Shown here: positions 41,519-64,000 of the stretch, piece by piece
How positions within the stretch are numbered: position 1 is the stretch's first letter
Layout of the letters: every line of letters begins with the position of its first letter
Assembly: GCA_046563655.1 (NCBI GenBank)
Contig: CM102284.1
Coordinates: 3,782,001-3,846,000 of the forward strand
Direction: 5' to 3'
DNA: 64,000 nucleotides
Source: Yuukianura sp. NJ FZ-2021
Lineage: Eukaryota
Translations under genes and position numbers: made by a program
The notes under the pieces: generated by a model
What the model was told of the DNA's origin: nothing
The model's input: only the letters and a program-made list of their open reading frames with translations
Databases searched by the model: none

Positions 41519-43065
41519 CTCTAATGGGAAATTGCGTATAAGCGAATCTGTAAATCGCCTCATTAAACCACAGAAATTCAGTTAGGTTCTTAAGTACTAT
41601 GCACTTAAAACCGCAAATAACTCGCATTTAACGATTTTTTGTTATTATTTTGTTTAAAAAAAAACAGGGATTGCTACTAAATGACAATTCCTACTTTTAC
41701 CTTGTAAATATGAAAGTTGCGTAAAACAGAGAGAAAATAGGCAGCGATGCTTCTGAAAGCGATAAACTGGAACTAAAATTTTCATCACTATTCCAAGCGT
41801 TTTTTCTTTGCGAATTGTTAAGTTACAAACTGGCTGGAAAAATCATAGAAATCCGAATCCGAAACAGGAAGCTCAATCTCAAAATTTTGCAAACTTCCAA
41901 AAAAAAAAAGTTTCGTTTCGTCCGGTACTAATTTCTTTTTCTACTCACGTCTGCGTTTGGGCACAGCTGAAGCTGTCAAATTTCCAATTAAGTTTTCCCT
42001 CATTTTGAAAAGTCAAATCAGAATTTGGGCAAGATCTGTTCTGATGTCATAATCGTCATCTGCTGTCCCTGCGCTTCCTGGAAGGGGGACATGGCGGAAG
42101 AGGAAATGAAAATCATAGAAAAAGAAAGCGGTGACTTTCTCCTGTGCTTAGATTTGCATCATATTGTTTCTATTAGTGACAAATTATGATTTTGGACTTG
42201 GAGGGATGACGGATTGATTTCAGCGCTTATGCTTACAGCCCTCCCTCGTCTATTTTAGACTTAAACACTTGGAGGGGATTAGGTTAATAAAGTTACACAA
42301 TACGGATAATGTTACGCATTGTTTGGCTTAAGCCATTTATAACTGGACCCCACACATAACAATGGAAACTGCTTTCCCCATTCACGCAATCCGTCAAAAC
42401 AGCTGCGTTTAACGCCCATTCAAAGTTACAACAATTTCAATTGCACCCCTCCTCACAAAATTTCACGAAATTCTTTCACCCTCTTCATCCCTCTACGAAG
42501 GCACAAAGCATAAAAGAATTAATTTCACACTTCCAAACAAAACAATCAACAATCAAATTAAGCTATGAACTTGGCAAAATTATGTTTCTGTTTTTGAAAA
42601 TTTTCTACGTCTGAGGTTTCAACTTGTCAAATTTTTGGCCAAAATTTTAAATTTCGGACTCGGGAGTGAATCAACAAAGTAAATGAAATTAAAAACTCAA
42701 AATTTCAAAATTTTTCAAAAAACTTACATTTATTTCGTTTTGCGAATAATTTTAATAACTTGGAAGACATGTTTTTGAGAAACACATAAGAGTTTATGTG
42801 ATGATCAAAATCAATGAAAAGGCGAAGTAGAAGAAAGTTCCGGATTTGTTAAATTTCGGTCGAACTTTGGTGTCCAACCCCTCTCACAATGAAAATTCGA
42901 AAAGAAGAGACGCCTTTTAGAACTTTCACTTGCCTCAAACCCCGCCTACCAACTTTCACCCTAACAAATGATCCCAAACATGGCTTGACTTTTCAACTTC
43001 CTAAAACTTTAGGGCGTAAAGTTTCATTATACATTGACCTGTCAACTGAGCCAGGTCAAGCTCAC

Positions 43066-44527
43066 ATGGCCGGAACGAGTTCGTCCAGAACCAATTCAGG
43101 AACTGCTGCCAACAATTCCAGTGGAAATCAGTCCTACTCACCACCAACCCCCACTAACTACGAATTGGTCTACCACCATCACCTTCAAACTGCACTTCAA
43201 ATGGGACAGTTCTACAACTCGGCAGCAGCCAGCGATCACTTGTCAACTGTCGCAGCAGTGCTGAGGTCAACTGGCGCATCTTCGTCCAACGGAGACACGG
43301 CGGCGGGTAATCTTGGTCTTCCGAGTTCGTCAAATCAAGGCTCCAATTGTCTAGGCGGCGGTCCTGGATTATGGGAAAGTTCGTTGGGTGTTCATGGGAA
43401 TAGCGGGGGTCAACGGGGGTCATTGCCGTATAATCACCTCCACCATCATCAAGCATCTGGAGATCTGCTTTCCAATGGACTTGGACTTGCCACGGATATT
43501 TGGCCCAGCGTGAGCCAAGGTCGTGGAAGTGGCAGCAGTTCTGGGCCAAGCAGGTAACACTCCAAAACTACTTTTGTAAGTTAATATTAAGTCTTTAAGC
43601 CAAAACTATTTGCGAGAGTAACAATTACTGAAACCAAAGTCACGAAACTTAAGATAAATGTCCTGTCCTTTCAAACTGGACACTGGAGCATTATAGTAAG
43701 CAAAAATTGGATTTCTGAGACGAGATGAACCTGAATTAATTGTTTCCACCCGGCGGGCCAGTAGTGGTAATGTTAAAAGGCGGCGAGTTATAGCAAACCA
43801 AAGTGATGTTTTAAAATTTCAAAAATGAGTTGGAATTTTCCAATTCTGTTTAAGCAAATAGTTAAAGTAACAGTTAAGTAAATTAAGTATAATCAAAGTT
43901 AATTTCAATTAAAAGGTTTGGTTCCACCAAGTCTTCTAGCAAGAAACCTCGACGACGTGTGGCCACGATGGCACAGCGACGTGCTGCCAACATCCGAGAA
44001 CGACGAAGAATGTTCAATCTCAACGAAGCCTTCGACAAACTCCGGAGGAAGGTCACGATCAATTTTTTTTTTGAACTTCTAAAGTTTTTTGAGAATTTTG
44101 GAGAAAATTTGTAATTTTGGTCATTTTGGATTTCAAGGTTCCAACATTTGCTTATGAAAAGCGGCTGTCCAGAATTGAAACGCTGCGACTGGCAATCACT
44201 TACATTCGGTTCATGACCGAGATTTTGACGGTCCCTGACAATAACAATGGGAAACAGGCAGAAAGTCATGGTCGTCACAGCGGAAAATCTGGAAGTGGAA
44301 CCAGCAATGGCCACTTTCGACCCACCAATCACAACGTAGCAACCGGTGGGATGGATGGAACTATTGGTGGGGCAGGCGGGGCAAATGGACTCTTACGTAG
44401 CGAATGTCCTCAGAATCAAAATGTCCCACCGACTCCACTGATTGCTCATTACTCCAGTCTTGGCAGAATCTACCCTAACCATCATCATTCGAATGCTTAC
44501 GTCCATTCGGATGTCCAGCATCAGTAA
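43066..44527 (+). CDS. Fer3: bHLH transcription factor Fer3/Nato3 (FERD3L); 3 exons
   Basis: [64 protein letters not shown], spliced across about 44052-44137. The start codon is uncertain. Confidence 0.93.
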
Positions 44528-44753
44528 CAATAATAACGTCGGGAAAGTACACGATGTCACAATAACATAGTCTTCCAGAATTTGGACGTGTTGTCTTCCA
44601 ATTCCAGTGAGATTTAATAGGTATCAATTCATTAGCATAATCGATGCTTTTTCAGTAAAACGAACTACTAAAGGTACTAGAACATAGCAGAATCTCCAGA
44701 ATTACTTTCTCTCCTATTGGTGTAGCTTTTGTTTCACTTTCTCCAGGATTCAT

Positions 44754-45305
44754 TCAATTACTAGTAAGTAAAAGTGTAATGCCATTGTGTGCTTTCTGGA
44801 AGGCTTTGATGCGTTTGTGCACTTTGTTCCGCACCCACTTTTCTCCTGCTGCTTTTATTTCTTTCGGAAGGATATCAAGCTTCATGGAAGGCTGCGTACT
44901 ACCCATGGATGCTCCAGAGAAAGTCCCAGTACTCTGTTTCGGGTTGAATTTACTCCAGGATTTCTCGGGTTCGCATCTACTATTAGTACGCGTAGCATCA
45001 AATGTTACTCTGTAATCCCTACGCTCTGCTGACGCTAACACCCGACACATCTTACACACAGCCATTTCCTGTTTGACCTTTGACCTGACCTCATTTGGCA
45101 TGTTTGAAAAAGCAATCTGGCGGAATTTGTTATAACAAATCCCTTCGGGGAAGAGAGCGGATCGAAGTGAAAGTGGATGTTGACATTGCGTGCTTTCACT
45201 AGACCCCAAAGGCAAACTGGTACACCCCTCATCAGCTGTTTACGCCCAAATTCACACACTGGGGGAAGTCCGTCATCAATTTTAATCTCACCTTTGACTT
45301 TTCAT
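44754..45305 (-). CDS. Small basic hypothetical protein, divergent from WDFY3
   Basis: Micro-exon ATGAAAAGTCAAAG|GTGAG splices in phase to a roughly 148-codon open exon after TCTAG. Contains VCKMC and a K/R-rich C-terminus. Confidence 0.45.
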
Positions 45306-45752
45306 TTAAAACACAAATCAAACAAGGTAAGTCTCATCGTTTTGATTACTTAAAGAATTACGTATTCTGTCGAACAAGTATCAGCTGTCTAACATACGAA
45401 TTTGTCAACTCTCACGACCACACCCATTAATTGAAGTTTATTACTGAGTTTATTCATTGTAAACACGGAAAAGTACTGAGTTATAAAGCAGTTCAAGTAA
45501 CAACGAAGTAATGTTGGTGATTGGTTAAAAAGTATTGCAGCAAGACAGTGTTTATCGTTGGCTTCAATTAATTCAATTATTTATTGTATTCACAGGGGGT
45601 AGATCAGATTCAGGAAATCCGGCGGTGTGCTGTATTGGAAGCTGAATCAAATACTAATACACAATCTGCAAGATACTTTCTTTAGAGTAACTGAAGACTG
45701 GAAATGATAGAAAAACACGTTACATTTCCATGACCTTTCAAGAAGCAATGAA

Positions 45753-60818
<15,066 letters not shown>

Positions 60819-61749
60819 ACATCTCAACACCAACAGTTACGAAGATATTGTCGCAAATTCATTTACCATTCCAAATTTCCCAGCGAAGAATGTAGAGTCT
60901 TGACGTTGCACGATGGAGAACGACAGATTGACATTAACTGTGCTGGCATAGTTGGATTTTAGTAACTTCAGCAGTTAGCCGAGAGTCTTGCCAATTTTAA
61001 TTTGTATTTAGAGGAAAATCACTTTATGAAACTTGGCTGGCACGACTAATCGTTTTAGTGAAGAAGAACAATAATAATTTTGAATTATTTTGACTTGATG
61101 TGCAGAGAGTTTTCGTAATAGGCAGCTTACTGGAATAGTCCAAAGTCACTAACATAGATACTAATCGAAATGTAAACTAAAAGTTAACCTTCTTACCTTG
61201 TAAATTGAAACCTGGATGGAAATTAAGGAGAAACGTAGTTTTAAATTAGGAAAAGTAACATTAGCTGTGATTTTATTGTATTTTTTTTTGCTTTATTTCT
61301 TAAATCTTACGGCCCTGCTCCCAGCGTCCTTTTCTGTATTATTTGTCTTTCTTTTTATCATTGTAACTCCTCAAATCAAGAGTATCGAGGGACATCCTAA
61401 TAAAATTAAAATTATCTATGAACAAATACAGTTTTGTTTTTACTTTTAATTTTAATTTCCACTTCTCGAAGTTAAAAGTACAAACCAATTACAAAAACTA
61501 TTAATGGAGCAATGGCAGTGGTGAGAGGAACTGCGGGGAAAAAATTAAGTGGCGGAAAGCATAAAACTCGCAAATGAGTCTTGGCAATCACATGTGTTTT
61601 GCCCTTGGTTTTTACTCTTGTTACATTAAAATCAGCTGTGATTTTGAAGTAGTGCTAAACGCCACACCGATTTGTTTATTGTAAGATTAATCGAGTGTTC
61701 GAATAGTCAAATTAAGTATCGTTTAAAATAGTAGCGTTTGTATCCTGGG

Positions 61750-63576
61750 ATGGATTGCGTCCACAAGTGCGGAAAGAGGGCCTTCATGAAGGTAAAAATT
61801 TTTTTCAACTCTGATTTCGTTTGTCATGAATTTGTATTCTGTGAATAATTAATTTTAGTGTGTAAACTTAAATACGTTCTAAATTGATCCGTTTGAGGCT
61901 AAGTGCTTCAATGTTTGAAGTTCACTGTGTAATTGTAATGTGTGTTTCACGTTTAACATATATCTTTTTGATTGATAATTTCTAGAGGCCGAAAACGAGC
62001 GAAGCGCTATGTCAACAATGTTTTTTCAGAGCCTTTGAAGACGAGATTCACAACACGATTGTCCAAAACCAATTGTTCAAGCAAGGAGATTTCGTTGCGG
62101 TTGCCGCTTCTGGAGGAAAGGATTCAACAGTGTTAGCCTATATTATGAAAATCCTGAACCAGCGACATGGATATGGACTCAAGCTCATTTTACTATCAGT
62201 GGATGAAGGAATCACTGGTAAGGAATTGTCGTTGGCTGAAGTAGTTATTTTGGATTTTGTGATCATAACTAACAATGCATTATGTTTTAATAGGGTATCG
62301 GGACGACAGTTTGGAGACTGTCAAACGGAACGAGCAACAATATGACATTCCACTGAAGATCTTCTCTTACAAGGACTTATATGGATGGACAATGGACGAA
62401 ATCGTACGGGAAGTAAGTGGGCATGGATCTCCGAAGTTTTATTTACTAAAATTACACTGGTAACTCATGCAGGAATGTGGCCTTACCTAGGTTGGACGCA
62501 AGAACAACTGCACATTCTGTGGAGTGTTTCGACGACAGGCGTTGGATCGTGGTGCCATGGCCATCGGGGTCGATAAAATCGTAACAGGACATAACGCGGA
62601 TGATGTCGCCGAAACGATTCTGATGAATCTGTTGCGCGGAGATGTTGCAAGGTTACAGAGGTGCACAAATATTGTTACGGTATGATCCCAATTCTATGTA
62701 TTCATGTGTTCAATGGATTCTTTATGTCCTACGAAGTATAGCTTTAAACCTCGCTTCACTTCCTTGATTCATTTGTAGGGAGCTGAAGGCGCCTTGCCAA
62801 GATGTAAGCCATTCAAATACACGTACGAGAAGGAAATCGTTTTGTACGCTCATTACAAAAGTCTGGATTATTTCTCCACTGAATGCATTTACTCCCCGAA
62901 TGCCTACAGAGGTCACGTTCGAACGCTCATAAAAGATTTAGAACGTATCAAACCTTCGTCTATAGTAGACATAATCCACTCGGGTAAGAAAAGTTCAAAT
63001 TTATGCTTACGCATCAATTTTACGCTTAATCGGCTTGCAAATTGTGTCCTCTCCTAAACTAAACGAATCTTTTTCTTTATAGGCGAATCGCTGTCAATTC
63101 GTGAAGGTGTGAAGATGCCTACTCAAGGAACTTGTTCCCGTTGTGGCTACATTTCGAGTCAAGAGCTTTGCAAGGCCTGCGTGATGCTGGAAGGTCTCAA
63201 CAAGGGAATGCCAAGGCTCGGTGTTGGCAAGAGTTCCAAAGTACCGGAAGCACTTTCCACTCTCGATACAAATGCAAATACGAAGAAACCGTTTGTGCCT
63301 AAGATTCGTAGCAATCGCAAGTGCAAGAGTTCAACGAAACACTGGAGGAATTCGGATGAAATTGGCAGTGGAAAGTGCGGAGATAGCGGCGGAGGACGCG
63401 GCCACGACTGTGCTTGTTCAAAGCAAGATACTAAAATTGTCAATACACCGGAAGCGGATATGCTGGATCACAGTTGTTCAGTTGCTGAAGTTTCTCATAA
63501 TACCTTTGAAGATGGTGAGTTGGACATTGAAAACTTAGGAGTACTGGCAAAGAAGGTTCTATCTTTATCACATTAG
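61750..63576 (+). CDS. CTU1: Cytoplasmic tRNA 2-thiolation protein 1 (Ncs6/CTU1)
   Basis: PP-loop [88 protein letters not shown]. Confidence 0.97.
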
Positions 63577-63670
63577 ACTACTAGGACGAAAGTTACGGAA
63601 ATTTTTACAACTACGATTTATTACTTAAAATTTTTAAATAAAGACAAAAGACCTACACAGAATTTTGGTG

Positions 63671-64000
63671 TCAAGAAATGTACGCAGCATGAGTACGTGA
63701 GTAACTGCTTCGACAGACCGGACAGAGACCATTTAGCCTGTCTAGACAATCGAGACAAGCGATGACATGACCACACGGCATCAAAATGACTTCTCGAGGA
63801 TTTGTCAAGCAGATAACGCAGAGATGGTGCTCGGTGCGTGTACTTGTATTGCCATTGTCACTTTCAGCTTCGACTGGTCGTTCGCTCCGTTCTGTTCGTT
63901 CTCTGAGGATCCGGTCTCTCATTTGCTTTCGTTCGTAAGCGCGCCACAGCTTCATTGCTTTTCGAACCGTGAAAACTGCAGCCACACCGTAGAAGAAATA
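63671..64000 (-). CDS. MUL1: C-terminal RING-HC exon of a MUL1-like E3 ubiquitin ligase (5' part lies outside the window)
   Basis: End of a hydrophobic segment, a basic linker, then CVICLTNPREVILMPCGHVIACLDC...CPVCRS..AAYIS*. This architecture matches the MUL1 C-terminus. Confidence 0.7.
   Translation of the reverse strand, partial: YFFYGVAAVFTVRKAMKLWRAYERKQMRDRILRERTERSERPVEAESDNGNTSTRTEHHLCVICLTNPREVILMPCGHVIACLDCLDRLNGLCPVCRSSYSRTHAAYIS

Overview
Gene-dense eukaryotic (invertebrate animal) DNA with many short GT-AG introns, typically about 55-100 nt. The layout suggests a compact arthropod genome, possibly springtail-like, but that is inference only. Recognisable spliced genes, in order: a CtIP/Sae2 C-terminal-domain gene (not visible in the ORF track), DIMT1, MCM10, RUVBL1, a DOCK3/4-type (sponge-like) GEF, a Bicaudal-C homologue, TTC4, the bHLH gene Fer3, WDFY3/blue cheese, CTU1 and the 3' end of a MUL1-like RING ligase. 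Between them lie several lineage-specific secreted or low-complexity genes and many small non-autonomous DNA-transposon or foldback insertions, several inside introns. Main observations: (1) two AT-hook-like exons duplicated from a gene 34 kb downstream are joined to a CtIP/Sae2 domain, just after the end of a Tc4/Tc5-like transposon; (2) the BicC homologue appears to lack its SAM domain and one KH GxxG loop; (3) a secreted protein has an in-frame TGA before a TSP1-like module, and a 600-bp palindrome starts immediately after one of its splice donors; (4) an 889-bp insertion without terminal inverted repeats, with a 10-bp target duplication and a nested MITE, sits in a DIMT1 intron. All gene models were read by eye and no database searches were run. 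I cannot claim a new multi-gene system; the CtIP chimera is the best candidate for novelty.
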